Source of the DNA: Octopus vulgaris
Lineage: Eukaryota
Direction of reading: 5' to 3'
NCBI GenBank assembly: GCA_951406725.2
Contig: OX597814.1
Coordinates: forward strand, 119,536,001-119,600,000
DNA length: 64,000 nt
Both the position numbers and the translations under genes were made by a program. The notes beneath the pieces were generated by a model. That model ran no database searches. It saw only the letters and a program-made list of their open reading frames with translations, and had not been told where the DNA came from. Below, one piece after another: positions 12,711 through 28,396 of the stretch; positions within the stretch are counted from its first letter, which is position 1, and every line of letters starts with the position of its first letter.

Positions 12711-12741
<31 letters not shown>

Positions 12742-13955
12742 TGTATGTATGTATGTATGTATGTATGTATGTATGTATGTATGTATGTATTTATGTTTGA
12801 AGAAGAAAATAGGAAGCAAGTTAATTTTGTTACGTAAATACATTTATCAATCACGTATTGTATTTTAAACATCGTTGAAAATTATTTACTTCTATTGCCT
12901 CTTCTCTTTGCATCTCAAGAAGAATGGTTGTGCTTTAGATATGGAGGAAGAAAAAACAAAGGAAAAAAATAGAAAAGAAGTATATTCTTTTCCAGCAGAA
13001 CGCTATCACATTAATATGTCGATGAGTGCTCCTAAAGAAAACAATGTTTTTTTTTTTTTTTACGTTGGCTAACGACTAAGATACACATAGCAAAACACGT
13101 AATGTGAGTTATGCAATTTATGATTTTCTTAGTGCACAAGGCATAGAAATGACTGTGAGAAGTTTTTTGAATCGTGTATGGAAATATGGTTTGCTTGAGC
13201 TTGATTGCAAATGTTATGGAAATCAATATAATAAATACATTAGCAGTATATACAAGTACATTCAGTTTCACGCACTGAAAATTACAACATAACAGGATTT
13301 TCTTCTCATGGTTGATGTATGCTGTCATAAGGTACGATTCTCCATTACTTCAGTGGCACCAAGAACAAATTAACACGACTAGCATATTACTTACATGATA
13401 ACTGGATACTGCAATATTAGCATCTCTAATGTATAGTGCGCAGCAGTAGAAGATAGTGTAACATCTATCACTTATCGTTCTCTCCATTTCTTTTCAGACA
13501 TGAGTTGTTCGTATGCTTCGGTACAGTTACGGTTCATACATAGATACACGGACATGCTCAAGTTTAAATGAGGATGATAGTAACTGAAAAATTCATTTGT
13601 TACTCAATATCAATTTGTCTACTTTCATTCAAACATTCGGAAGGTCTAAATTTTGGAGTACGATGTATACATAAATTTGGATTAAAAATTATAGAGTAAT
13701 GGACGCGTAAACATAAATATGGTAACTTAGAGAAAATCGGTACAGTATTTATTGCTTTATAGAAAATAATTACGGTTTCGTGTATGTTTTGTAAAACATT
13801 GAGAACTATACCCTTTTTTGTAAAACTTGGGTCATATTTCTTGAACTAGTCCATTCTGTGGTGTAATGTCTTGCCTCATGCCTCAAAAGATAGAGTGGAA
13901 ACCTCAACTTGAACCCGAACTTTCATAGCATATATATATATATATATATATATAC

Positions 13956-14122
13956 CAAGGGCTTCTTTCATTTTCCTTCTACCAAATCCATTTACAAGAC
14001 TGTGGTCGGTCCGAGACTATAGTAGAAGACACTTCTCCTTTCCCCAAAGTTCCACGCAATGGGACTGAACTCGGAACCATGCGTCTGGGAAGCAAGTTGC
14101 TTACCACACAGCCACTTCTGCG
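13956..14122 (-). mobile_element. SINE family A 5' half
   Basis: gggcttctttca...ctatagtagaagacac...gggactgaactcggaaccatg...ttaccacacagccac. Confidence 0.8.
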
Positions 14123-14655
14123 CGCGCACACACGCACACACAAACACATATATATATATCTAAATACAGTACGATTCTTTTACTCTTTCCTTTAGTCCCC
14201 CTCATACTTTTTCTTTCTTGGCTCGACCGCCGGCCGCGAAGCATCTCTTATATTTCTATCTCATGACTTTCATCTCTTATGTTCCTGCCTCAAGGCTTTC
14301 ATTCTACACAGGCCAGCTCAGCTTGATTCATCTCTATTAGTCGAAAGACACCTGTTGCTATTTCCGTGTTGCTTGTATTTGTAATTGTTCCTTTTCGTTT
14401 TTCTTTTTGTCCTTTTTGTCGTGCACATTCTAATCTTTTCTCCCAAAATATTTAATGTGTTTAGCTGAGATCTTTGGGACAAGGTACATTTGAACTGTCT
14501 GGAGTGTAACTGGCCGAAACTGTAAGGATAATCTGGAAACCTGACTTTGGGGAAAATGCCACGAATGACCCGGCCTTGTTTTCTCCTGTTCGTCTATGTA
14601 TATTATATCTGTCCGGATATCATATTGCCATTAGTTGCCTTACTGCTCTATCTTT

Positions 14656-14715
<60 letters not shown>

Positions 14716-15611
14716 GATGAATAGAATGAATAATATGGATGTTGCTACACAGAAACAAAAATACATTTTTTATTAACGCATTGAGTCATACAACTTAACA
14801 TGCACTAACATGTTCGATTACATAAGCTAAGGCAATAAAGTATTCATATAACATTGTCACTTCGTTAGGTAACACTCCGTTGGAGGTTTATTAGGGGTTA
14901 TGCACCAAATGGTAGCATATGAAAATTTCAATTAAAGTATGAATATATGATTTGATTCATTTCGGGATGGGATATTGATAGATGTATCGAGAGATATTCA
15001 TTGTTGTTAGAATTTTAGGAAAAGAAAATATACAGTGTGTATTTTACGGGAATTCGTTGATATGTAGAACGTAGATATCGAGCAGAGACGAACCAGATGC
15101 ATCAGTGTTCCCTAGTCCCTGATAAACTAGAAAACAATTATGTATTAAATCTCAATTAAATCTCATAGACAGTAAATTACAGCTTTCAATCAAAAACTCA
15201 ACAAAACAGTTAAATCGATGATGTTTCAGAAAATAATTTGATTTAAGAATACAATAACAATAACAATGTGTGTGTGTGTTTGTGTGTGTCTGTTTCTTTT
15301 ACTCTGTAATCGTAGAAACACAGCTATCGACTTCCAATTCGATATATATTTGTACAATAACCTTTGGTCACAAGGCAAAAAAAGTAGCTTTTAATCAGGT
15401 AGGCTATCAGACATCAGATAACCGATAGATGATTTAAAATGTACTGTCTTATACACTACGTACTAAAGCACAAATGTAGATATATTTGTATACTATAATA
15501 CATACACAATATAGTCAAATGTATGTTAGTATGAGTATATCGTATATCTAAGACTGTGTCTGTAAGTATAGATACGCAAACACACAGTCTCTCTCCCTCT
15601 TTGTCTCTCAC

Positions 15612-15650
<39 letters not shown>

Positions 15651-16658
15651 TTTATTGAAAGATCGGTTGGTAGACAGATGGATAGACAGATGCAAAACAC
15701 GTGTGTGTGTGTTTATGTGCGTGTATATGTGTGTGCGCGCGGGTACATGTATGCGTTTTATATGATGGTATATTTACTGTAAAGTGAATTGCTGATTCCA
15801 CTATATTCATTCCTATGCCATGTATACATATATATTTAGATGTGTGTGTATGTATGTATATATATACTTGTATGGATGTGCATGAGACAGTGTGTATATA
15901 ATTGTATAGCTCTGTAAAGTAACAAGCAAATATATACACACAGACAGCAAGTAACAATGCGAATTCAGAATAACATTCGAACGTTATTGAAAAATCAGAA
16001 AAAATAGAAGATAATGGAATTCTGTTGCAGAAAAAAACAATAGAAAATATATCATAAATAATATAAAGAGTACAATAATGTCCAATAATATTAAATGATT
16101 AATCACAGAGTACAGAGCAAATTGCTGTTTTGTTTTGCAGGGTCGGAGTTCATATAAATAAGTTTAGTCTTCCTATAGAATCAGATCATACTTATGTTTT
16201 TATGAGTAGAAATTTTGATGAAAATGCTGATATAATTGTGTTACAATAGTTTAGCAAAAGAATTCATCAGTGAATGTGTGTACTGACTAACAATTAGAGC
16301 CTAGTATTATTGCAATGCAACACTTTTAAATAAATACGATAGCAAACATAATTACACACACACACACACAAACAAGCAAATATGAGTTTATTTCAGGATA
16401 GTAATATGTTTTATAGAATTCTTGGTGCTAACATTTATATAGATACACGTATAGATACGAATAAATGCACAAGCATTCACATTGACTTATGTATACGATC
16501 ATAGAAACATACATACTCAAAGCAAATTTATACATATATACATACATTATATATATATACATATATATATGTGTATGTGTATGTACATATATATGCATGA
16601 TATGTATGTTATGCATGTTTGTATTTATGTATGTATATATGCATATATGTATGACATG

Positions 16659-16689
<31 letters not shown>

Positions 16690-16692
16690 ATA

Positions 16693-16724
<32 letters not shown>

Positions 16725-16769
16725 GGTAGGTAGGTAGGTAGGTAGGTAGGTAGGTGTGTAGGTTGGTAT

Positions 16770-17155
16770 GTGTATTATGTCGGTTATTGCAATCATCGGA
16801 TTTTAAAAAAAATGGGACGCTGCCTTGAAGAGTTTAGCCGAAAATGTCGGCACCAATACAAATATTTAAAGTCTGGCACTTATTCTAACGGACTACTTTG
16901 CCGAACTGCTATGTTATTCGACGGTAAACAAACCAGCAGCGTTTGTCAAACAATACTACGGAGCAAACACAAAAGTACACAGACACCCCCATATACGGGC
17001 TTTATTCAGTTTTCACCTTTCAAATCTACTCATACAAATCTGGGTGACTCGGGGCTTTTGGTAGAAAACAAAGTGCTACGAAGAGGAATGAAACCGGAAC
17101 TATATGTTTGGGATGTTGAGAAGTAAGCTTCATACCACACAGTCATGCCTGTGCC
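16770..17155 (-). mobile_element. Degenerate SINE family A
   Basis: cttattcta...tttgccgaactgcta...gtaaacaaaccagca...cgggctttattcagttt...taccacacagtca. Confidence 0.65.
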
Positions 17156-17178
17156 TTTATATATATGTATACATCACT

Positions 17179-17221
<43 letters not shown>

Positions 17222-17525
17222 TATATACATATATAAAACTAAAATTCTATATGCAGCTGAAGATTGGTCTACATTTTAAAACTGATGTAATACTTGCATT
17301 GTTTAATTAAATGAAGTCGCATGAAGCGATCGTACTGCATTACCTTTGGATATCCTTGTTGCTTGTTTTGATTATAAGCACCCCGTTTTGAATTATATGG
17401 ATTATACCATACCAAATTCTGGTGCCTTTAACTTAAGTACCATATTCAACTGAATCTAAATTTTTACTGAACTATATATATATACGCACGCACACAAATC
17501 TTAGGTTAAGTAGTGGAGAATGTCA

Positions 17526-18721
17526 TACTTGGTAGTATCAAAAATTCCCGGACTAGTTCTGTTGTGCGTCAACAGATAACAGCACACGGTTGCGTGAGCA
17601 ATGAGAGATAGCAGTGACCATCATGAACTAGTGTGAGGAGTGACATAGCTGTGTTTACTTTGCAAGATGTGAAATTTGTTTTTGTGTGATCACATATAAT
17701 CTGTAGTTTGTAATTTTGCCATAGACCAGAAGAAAGCGCTAACGTAAAGATTTCCGTTAAACTTGGAATGTTTCCTGAGGCACGGGTGCGTCAAAAACGA
17801 AATATTGTCCCTTAAAGACGATGAGCGATCTGGACAAATCTACCACGAGCCTCAACTCCGGAATTGTGGAGAAAATTCATCAGCTTAGGCATTATGATTT
17901 TTGGAGAACAATCAACGACATTGCTGATGTTTATCGCCTGTCGTATGGGCGATGCAGGTGATGCTAACATCTGAATTGAATATGCAGCGTAACATGCGAC
18001 GTTTGGCCCCGCCTGCTGACTTCTGATCAGAAAGAACATAGTGCCGAAGGCTTTCAAATCAGTCAAGATCTCCTTCATGTCGAGGGTCATCACTCTATGA
18101 GTACGGCCCTGAGAGGAAGCAATAGTTACTACAGCGGAAGAGCCTTTCATCTCTTCGACTTAAGGAGGCATGACAGATACGCAGCACAATCAAGAACATG
18201 CTCTTCATTTTTCTCCGACATCCCTGATATCATACATCGAAAATTCGTCCCCCAGCGCCAGACAGTCAATGGAGAGTTCTACTGTGAGAGTTTGAAACGT
18301 TTGAGGGAGGACATTTGGCAAAAGTGAGTCGATCTGTGAAGCACGAAAAATTGAATGTACACTGTCACCGAGCTTTTCTCGCTCATGCGTCTCTCGTCAA
18401 AACCAACATGGTGACGCTTCCGAACCCGCTCTATTCCCCAAATTTCGCATTTGCAGACATCCATTTCTTCCCCAAGATGAAAAGACAGCTTAAAGATTGT
18501 CGATTTAACACCGTCATCGAGATCAAGAGTGAATCGCAGAAGGTTCTCGACTCGATTACGGTAAACAACCTGCAGGCCGTATTCCAAGTGGCAGACACGC
18601 ATGTACCGGTATATTACAGCATAAGGTGACTATTTCAAAGTAGATGGTGTTAAAATGTATGTGAAAACGCTAGTTTTTATTAAACATAACTAGGCTGGGA
18701 AACTGTTGATAGCACCTCGTA
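17526..18721 (+). mobile_element. Decayed mariner transposon (~1.2 kb)
   Basis: Imperfect TIRs tacttggtagtatcaaaaattcccggactagtt / aactaggctgggaaactgttgatagcacctcgta. Transposase remnants include QTVNGEFYCESLKRLREDI and PLYSPNFAFADIHFFPKMK (YSPDLAP motif). Confidence 0.88.
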
Positions 18722-19155
18722 TTTGAATACAAAATGTTGAGAAAAATATATTGCCTTATTCAAACTTAACATTTCCACAAACTTTTACCCGGTGTTTCAC
18801 ACAATCAATCATCGGAAAGAATACTTGCTGTGTAATAATTGCATCTGTGAATGGTTGAGTAATAATTTATGGCGTTTTATAGCTTCAATAACACACACTT
18901 TCTCTGTCTGTCTGTCTGTCTGTCTCTCTCCCTCTCTCTACCTATTATGTTGTATCTAGTAACATCAAGCCTCTATTTCTTTCCAAGGTGTTTGAAACAA
19001 GTTACATTTGTTCAGTGTATTCTGTAACACAATACAGAGACTAGTAACTAAGTCTTTGAACAATTAAGATAGAGCATTTATTACCCGGTACTTGGTAAGC
19101 CCAAATACCATTTCTAGTTCTTCAATGATTTTTAAAGACCCCCCCACACACACAT

Positions 19156-19243
<88 letters not shown>

Positions 19244-19946
19244 TTACATGCGTGTGTGTCTATATATTGTGTATGGACAAAAACATCCAAGCCATTAATC
19301 GAAATCACTCGCAATTATAGAAATAAGAATAATTTGGTAATCAGAGAATGTACATGTAATTCATGGTTTTGTGGTAATCAGGTGTTTTCGCAACCAGGTG
19401 TTTGGATCCTACGCAGAAACATTTGGTGAGACATAGGAATAGCATAAGAATATGTACATATACTCATACGTATATACAAATACAATCATATGCAGGTATA
19501 GAGAAAAAGACGGAAATGTCATCACATCATCTACTTATATGAAACAACTCCATGTCTGTTGTATCGTGTACGCCCGTGCTACACAAAGCCTTAATGAGAG
19601 ACCGAGTTGAACAAACGTCGTTGAGTAGCGGTGTCGAGTCTAAGCAAAATTAAAACAGTTCGGCGGTCATCCTATTTACGTATCCCAATATGTTTGCATC
19701 AGTATTTAGGAGAATTTCACTTAGTTATTTGAGTCTTGCATCAACAATGTAATAATGCTTACGAGCAACAACAACGTCAGTGTTCATTGATAACCTGTAT
19801 TACATCCATTATACATCTTAAATAGCATTGCGCAAGTTGTATGTTTCGAGGACTTTGCGTGTCATGACAATGAATATATTAGGATAGGAACACAAACACA
19901 TGCTGCACACACATAGACGTTGAGTAATTTTTCTAGGCATTATTTA

Positions 19947-20002
19947 CAGGTCTTTTATACATTGGTCTTTTATACAATGGTGCAGGTCTTTTATACATTG
20001 GT
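19947..20002. repeat. Short tandem repeat, 3 copies of ggtcttttatacattgg
   Basis: Directly visible. Confidence 0.8.
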
Positions 20003-20099
20003 AAGATTAGCAAAATAAATGCTCTATTCACCGAGAAGTAAATATCAGGTTTAAATCTAAGCTACTGCAGTATTCATGCTGACGATAATACAACTGTCG

Positions 20100-20471
20100 A
20101 ACGAGCTTCTATATAGCGTGCCATGATATAATGACCAACCATTCGGTCTTCTCAATATACATATACAACGGACTCTCTTGTCGTTACACGACGTATGAGA
20201 GTTGAGTTCGACAATTTCTTACCGAACAACTCCACAGATGATTTGTTTATAGGGATCAATTGTTTGTGTAGACATAAGCTCACTCTCTCTATCAGACCAA
20301 CATTACCTGTACAGGCGCAACGGGCACCACATATCAGGTGTTGAAATGATTGCAGATCAACGTGAAATGAAGTGTTTTACTCAGAAACACAATGCAACTG
20401 CCGGTTTGGGAACCAAACACACTATCTTGAAATTGTGTGTGCAACAGCTTAACCATTAAGCCATGCACCTT
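20100..20471 (-). mobile_element. SINE family C (tRNA head + CORE-like), degenerate
   Basis: caacgtgaaatgaagtgtttt.ctca..aacacaa shared with ~31435-31470; head aggtgcatggcttaatggttaag on the - strand. Confidence 0.6.
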
Positions 20472-20676
20472 CTCATACAAACACATTTCTCTTTTCTCCC
20501 CATCTGTGATTTTATTTTTGATCTATATAAATGAAGATATTTCCTCCGACTGGCTGTTTTTCTTTTTACAGAGCGAGAAGTTAACTTGTGGAACTGTATT
20601 TTAAAGAGCTGTACTTATTTATCACCCGACGAGATATATCTATACCGCCGAATGTTCTCGAACAAATTATTGAGTG

Positions 20677-20724
20677 TGCCACTCATGAGGGATCGATTAT
20701 AATGTATCGAAACAATTGTCATGA
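20677..20724 (+). ncRNA. Degenerate hammerhead motif
   Basis: cca-CTCATGA-gggat...atc-GAAA-caattg-TC; G5>C mutation, palindromic stem III. Confidence 0.45.
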
Positions 20725-20843
20725 TTAATAAATTCTCGTACATTCCATCTTCCGCCATTTATTTGCCATATACATAACGATCAATGTGAAAATGACTGTG
20801 CTTTACCAGTAAGTTACCTGGTGTAAACCATTCGTTTTAATAC

Positions 20844-20901
<58 letters not shown>

Positions 20902-20960
20902 GCATCCTTTTTGTCTCGGGAGGGCAATGGAGTTGCGCATAAACAATCTAGTCTGGTTTT

Positions 20961-21011
<51 letters not shown>

Positions 21012-21794
21012 GGAGGGAGAGACATAGAGGACTTTCTACATAGATTGATTGGCAGATGGATGTGCGTGTACGCTTTTGTTAGTTTGCGCGCGTGTGAGGG
21101 ATAAAGATACACAGAGAGTGACAGAGAGAGGGAGAAAAATCGAGGGAAAGTAAGTTGTGTGTATTTTTTTCTCTTTAGAAACAAGAAAAATATCTGTCAT
21201 GAGATTGAAAATATAATGCACCTGCAAAGCGTGGTTAGAATTTTGCTGACAGTCAGCGTATCGCCAAATAACCTAGTTAATTTACAGAACATAAACAAGA
21301 CGTCAAATTCACACAAAAGTCGTGTGTAAAGTAAGTAAATACTTATATCTGAAACACCAAACTCTCAAGATGGAAATAATATGTATTTAATGAATTACTC
21401 AGCAAATATTTAAAATGCATTACAAACATTTCTTCAAGTGTAAACATAACGTCTGTTGTGGAGAAAACAATGCATTTATATTGTGCTTATTGCGGTCAAC
21501 GCATTTATATGTCTTAAACATATGATCACAAGAAGAATGCGAACAGAGTGTTTGAAAAATCCACCTTAACAATCAACAGATGCAGGTGTCAGAATATACG
21601 GACGTCTATCGACTTCTGTCAACATCAATAAGATTGCTGGAGAGAAAATTGAAATACTTTTAGGCAGAAGAAAAGCAATCGATCTATGATTGTTCTGTCA
21701 AAGCAAACAGTGTGAAATGAAGATTAAGTTTACAAAAAGAAAAGATAGATAAAATATAACAAAAACGAATACCAAATAGATACCGGACACTTGG

Positions 21795-21853
<59 letters not shown>

Positions 21854-21918
21854 ATGAAGCGTACGCACATTCATCCATCTTTCTAATGATCTTCTATGTA
21901 GCTTTAGTCTATCTATCA

Positions 21919-21950
<32 letters not shown>

Positions 21951-22097
21951 CCTTATAAATATTTATAAGTCATTTGGATAGATATGCATACGTATAACAT
22001 ATACAATACATGCGTTACTGCTCTAATGTTTTAGAGTGTGCTTCTGTTTTTGGATATCTGAACTGATGCACGCGCACACACACACACACACACACTG

Positions 22098-23141
22098 TGA
22101 CGTGACAGAAGTAAATAAACACCCCTATACTCGTTGAAATGGATTTAAATTTGAAATAATACATTCAAATTATTTATCATACAGTAATCACAAAATATCT
22201 AAATATGCTTTTTTGCTTTTTTCTGAAGTATTCGGTTCATGAAGACCCAAAGGTGTCCAACAAGCGGTCATATCTGGTGACTGGCTTCGCCATAGAACCT
22301 TTTTAATGCCATTCTCTTCCAACCAACCATGAGTCTTTTCAACCGTGTGACAAGGAGCCCCATCTTCCATAAATAATTATGTAATCATTTCACTACTGCA
22401 AACGATTCGAAGAAGTCCTTTCTACAATACGTACACATATTTATCTGAGCTTATGTTTTCCTCACACTCCACCAGCTGTGAGCGACCATTGATCCAAATT
22501 GCTCCCCAGACCATCAGAGAATAGCTGGCGTGATTCAATCATGGCTGCAATCTTTTCACGCCAGATTCTTGATCACAGTGTCCAGACTCACACTCGATCA
22601 CTGTCAGAAAATACAGTAAATTTGGACTCATCAGAGAATAAGATAGTGCCTCAATGCTAATGGTCCAATCTTTTCGCCACTTGATATTGGCTGGTCGAAG
22701 GAAGTGTCTTCCTTCTTGCCGCCACAGTAGCCAAGGTTGTGGAGATATCTGATAGCTGTTCTGGGATTGGCATCAACTTGTTCAGCTATGTCAGAGGTCT
22801 TGTAACAAGGATTATCCTCTACACTCCACTTAACAAAGCGAAAGGTCCTGTCAGAGGCTCCTGGTCGACCTGGGCGAAGTAATGTGGACTCCTTGTCCTC
22901 GCTGGTGAAATCCACAATCACTCTATTAACTGTAGAAAGTGGGATCCCAAGATTTTCTACGATTTTACCCTGACTAGGTCCACCTGACTTCTTTTATATG
23001 TGGAATGATTGAACAGTCACATATAGAACCTGAAACATAAATATGTCGATTAACAAAAAAATGTAGACCTTTTCAAATTAAGATAAGCATAAAATGATGA
23101 TTTATGGGGTGTCTATTTGATGGGGTGACTTCTGTCACTTC
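22098..23141 (-). mobile_element. Decayed Tc1-like transposon
   Basis: Inverted ends gtgacagaagt...cacccc. Remnants: RPGRP linker, DESKFTVFSDSDRV..VW, and MEDGAPCH...W.SQSPDM (DDE region). Confidence 0.88.
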
Positions 23142-23879
23142 TGTATGTATATGTGTTTGTATATAGACATAGGTATGATACAACAAACAAGAAAATCAGA
23201 ACTCAGTAAATGATTATATAAACTCAGGCACGTACAAATACTAGTCAGTCGAAAGTTACAAAAGTGACTGAAAAAATGAGTTTTGTCCATGGCACTTATC
23301 AAAGAACGTTCTTTTGCATCCACGTGACTTGTTAATTAAGCGTTGGCTGTGAATATGTGTGAATGTATTGTATATTTATAAGTGTTTATTTGTATATATT
23401 TATGTGTTTATGTGCGCAATATATGTGCGTGTATGTTATACATATACATATCTATGTGCGCGTGTTCAAAGTTATATGTACATATATTATGTTTGTATAT
23501 TACTTTTTATGGCTGTACATGGAAAATATGTAAACAGAATTGTATTTTTCTGCAGATAAATTCATTTCTATACTTACTCAGTGTGCGTGTATGTGTGCGT
23601 GTATGCAAATGAGACTCTCTGTATACCATTTTCCATAAAGTTTACCCTGTATTTCACGGGAATTATTCGAAACTTATAATTTAAACATGTCTATCCAACA
23701 TTTATAGTTAATCGAATATTTTTGTAAGAATTTCATTTCACAGTATAAGAAAAAACATGTTCTCGTTTTTACTTCTGGTAGTGTTCTATGTTTTAGTCGA
23801 TTAAAAAACAGAATACGCGCCTGTGTATGTATATATATACTTGTGTGTGTCTTTGTGTGTGCGATTGAATTTACACCCA

Positions 23880-24065
23880 GATGTCCAATAATTATTTCTA
23901 ATTTTGCTACAGGAGTATCGAACTTAATTTGGGGGATTCATCATTATCATCCGTCTTTGTACTCGACTTCGATATTATTTTACGTTATGCAGAAGGACGA
24001 AAGGAAATTCTTTCTCAGCGGATTTGAACTCAGTGCAAGAAGGACCGGAAGAATTACCAATGTTC
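23880..24065 (-). mobile_element. Degenerate SINE family B
   Basis: aatttggggga...ctcagcggatttgaactcag. Confidence 0.45.
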
Positions 24066-24274
24066 TGATATTCTGTCAATGCTTTCTTCACGAAAATAAT
24101 TAGTTAATGTATGATGCAGTAAACAGCGTATAGTGTATGATTTGAATTGTGTTGTATAGTAAATCTAATGATATATATCTAATGATAACTTTAAGACCTT
24201 CAATTTTTGAAGTTGAATGTATTTACCTAGTTTCAAATGTCTTTGCGAATAACAAATCATCAGAAGGAATATCT

Positions 24275-24432
24275 ATCTTTCACATGTTTAATTCACTGGA
24301 CTGTTGCCATGGTGTAGTCTAGCTTTGAAGGAATTTTAGTCGAGCAAATCGGCCCTAATAATTATGTTTCTTTTAACGCCTGAAAATATTCCATCGGTGA
24401 CAAACAGAAACACTCACGTGCTCTTGTATTCT

Positions 24433-24491
<59 letters not shown>

Positions 24492-24645
24492 GGCAGAACT
24501 TCAGCATTTTCTGTCTACAAAATTCACTCACAAGCAAATTTCATACACTATGGCAGAATATATCCATCCAGGGTGCTGTAGAAATGAACTCGAAATGATG
24601 TGTTAGCAGAGCGAGCTTTTAAACAGCGCAGCTAAAGCCGAACCT
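24275..24645 (-). mobile_element. Degenerate SINE family A
   Basis: ttttagtcgagcaaatcg...tctacaaaattcactcacaag. Confidence 0.6.
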
Positions 24646-25238
24646 GTCATTGATGGAATATTTTATAATCTACCAAGCATCACTGACGGTTTCCTGCATC
24701 GTTACAGTAGGTAGAACCAATGTGATTAGTATAGACTTTAAAAAGTATTCTGAATTTAAATTTGGACCATTATATACATGGCTCGTTAGTGAGCTGTCTT
24801 TGTGACTAGTGTGCGCTATCTATATATTTGTTTTAGATTTGTGCTGTGATGCGAGCTTTGATTTCATCATTAATCTTCTAATTTCGTGTGGAATTCCATG
24901 GAATGCAGATATATTGACCATTATATTTTTCTATCTAATTGCGCTTTCTATTGAGCAATGAGGTGCAGTGCAATTGCACCTCGTAAGTGCATGTCGATCC
25001 GGCGGCTGAGTGTGGTACTTGCACGGCCTATGCCATAGTTGGAGTAGTGAAGGTCACATCTTTTTACGCTTGCAAACGAATTTCTAAATTACATTAACAA
25101 GCCATTCTGTCGTGGCATTTCATGCTTTTGATTTGATATCGATAACTTTTTATGATAAATTTAGAGCTGTTGAGAATCATTACACAAAGTCATTAACGTT
25201 GCTTTGTGTAGAATATCCATACATATATGTATATGCAA

Positions 25239-25410
<172 letters not shown>

Positions 25411-25898
25411 CACACATGTATTGATCTGATTCATGGGGATTTTGATAGAGATATTCATCATTCTTCAGTTAGTAAGCAGTTGGTTCTTTCATGATGTTGT
25501 TTATGTGCCATTTCTACATTTACCATATGTTCGATGCCATATTATTTGCTTTTGTATTACTGATTGGTTTCTTCTATTGGTTTGAATATATGTTCTTCAT
25601 TATTATTCATTCTATTTTGTAGAATTTCTTTTATCTAATTCTTCAATTTATTTCTTGTACCGCGGAAGAATCATTATGCAAATTTCAAACGTTCGATTCT
25701 ATCATTTTCTCATTGAATGTTTATGGCTTGAATCGGAGTATGCCATGCTGCCACCCACATGTTTTCGTTGGAAAAGGTCGTGGGTGTGATACCTAGCGGA
25801 GGACCTGTTTTTCCTACATATATCATTAACTTCCCATTTATAATTTTGCTACGGCGTTAATATTTTGAAGCTGTGTACATCCTCACTAGTATCAACGA

Positions 25899-25968
<70 letters not shown>

Positions 25969-27173
25969 ATACATATAAAACACCATATTTGCGCAAATCG
26001 CATCACTAACACTACACTTATGTGCATGCATGTCAAGGGTGAATTTCTCCCCCATTTTATGACCTTAATTCATAGAAGCTTTTTAAAGCCATAATACTGA
26101 AACATAAGTTTATTCTTTTTTGCTGTGAGCCAAAATTTTTGGTGAAGTATTGAGAGTCGCAGTGTGAATGCTTGCTTCGATTTGGGACAGAATTTGCGAA
26201 CGATAGAACGGGGAAAGTATTTAGTGAAAATGTGAGAGGAGAGACACTTATTACAAAATATATATCACATGAGCTATAATATACACCATCGATGTAAATC
26301 CAAGTTGAATGCGTCCTGATTTGAATCCAGGGGAAAGAGAACCGGAATGAATTACGCAAGGTATTTTGACCGACGCTAAAACGACTGCGAAATCGCTAAT
26401 TCTTAATGCCTGCTAAATACTTACTAAATATTTAAACTATTGTTAATGATATAAACTGTTGTAAATAATGTATTTAAAGTATTGTTTCTGTTTTCATGTT
26501 GTTCTCAGACCGTTATTTCCAGTTTCAATTGTAGTAGCATTCTAAACAACTTAACTCAATTTCAGAGTGCTTCAGCGGGATATACTCCACCAATACTGAC
26601 ACATTCAGCCAACAAACGGTGATTCGAATATAACTACATGAACCTTTATACATATCAAACGTATTACATCCTCTATTACATAGCTGACTGAACTCAAACA
26701 ATGAACTAACACTCCCTCACTGTTTAACCTACTAGAAGCTGCTACCGAGGACTTCAAGCTTGTTTTCCGAAACTAGAAAAAATTTTACTAACTTCGATTT
26801 CTCTCCATCAACAACAAACTACAATCACCCACTTTTTTTCCTTCTCCATAAACATTCGCACATTCACTTGCATATATTCACTACAAAGTCATTGTGCACC
26901 TATTTACGTACCAATCGAAATCTATACACATTTCTGTTATCGAACAGGCAAAAGATTCCAAATTAGTCTCACGGTTTAACATACCATAGCTATTCTCCTC
27001 ATTCTACTAACCCAACTACGCATAAATTTTTAAGTGACATCTAGTTATACATTAAACACTCAACATATACAATATTCTTCCTTTAACAGGTTCAAGGGAT
27101 ATCAATCTATATTCCTTTAATATTCTTTAATGACTCCACTTGTTAATTTCTATTTTCACTAACAGGCTATGAC

Positions 27174-27230
27174 ATCTGAGCATGAAAAATTGTCATATCT
27201 TCCACTGTGCGATGAAGAAACGCGTCCGAT
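27174..27230 (+). ncRNA. Degenerate hammerhead motif
   Basis: GAAA-cgcg-TC-cgat with an eroded upstream core (atctgagca). Confidence 0.35.
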
Positions 27231-27968
27231 TAATTCACAGGCAACTGGCATGACAGCTGAAACAAACTAAATAACTAAAGAACACACGTACGTATGTACA
27301 GATTCAATGGATGAATGTCTATCCTATTACAGTCTGAAGAAGGAAAAACATCAAGATAGATATCTTTGTGCAAATTCTTTCATTGCTCAAAACTTCTCTT
27401 TTACTATTTCTTAGAAATTATTTTCATTGCTTCCTTTCATTGCAGTCGTTTCTTGATAATATGATGATAGAAAAAGTTCAGCCAGAGAAGCTACCGATTA
27501 ACTCGCTAGATAGGAATATATCTCCAGTTCATTTACATTGACCTTATTTTTAGGTAGATCAGTAATATTTGTTTATTCCTATCAGTGCAGTGCAATGATA
27601 TTAATACTCTTATCTACTATATTGAAAACGAATAAATAATATATTGCGTAACCTAACGCCACAGAATGCTATCATAACAGCGCTTTAATGAAATCAAATC
27701 AATATTATACGTGGCGGATCAAATACCGATGGTATATTACCCTTTTTAAATTTTGTAATCTAGAACAGACGCAATATAGAAAAGTCTATCTCTAAGTTGA
27801 TTCTCATTATTTTTGTATCTGACATAAGTCGCAGCTTTTAAGGCAGATAAAAGGATAAACACGAACAAAGAAGGATTTAATTGTAAAATATACGTTTATC
27901 AAATTGCCTTTACGGTTCTCCCTGGTCTCTCTCTGTCACCCATTATAAGTATATTGATAGATGCATAT

Positions 27969-28020
<52 letters not shown>

Positions 28021-28396
28021 TATGCACGTAGATACAGACATACACATATATATTGTATGCACACGAGCATATCCATCTCTCTCTATCTCTCTATCTCACT
28101 ATCCCTATATACATATGTGTATGTGTGTGTGAGTGTGTGGTCTGTTATGTGGAGGATAGTATATACATTTAAGCATATACCCAGAAATAAATCACATAAA
28201 CGATGTTATGAAATCAAAACGTATGACATTTATAATACTTTTGGCTTCAGTAATATTTGTATGAATATGTATGCTCGCATCCCAAATCCATAGATATTGC
28301 GCACCGCAAGAGCACAGCAATATGTGTTTCTTTGGGCATATGACATTGTGGGGCCGCATATGTCCGATCCAGGAGTACATTTATATATATATATAT

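Noticed and set aside
14160-15060. Repeat-like segments around a TA run with possible eroded HHR pieces
   Set aside because: Too degenerate to assign without a repeat library
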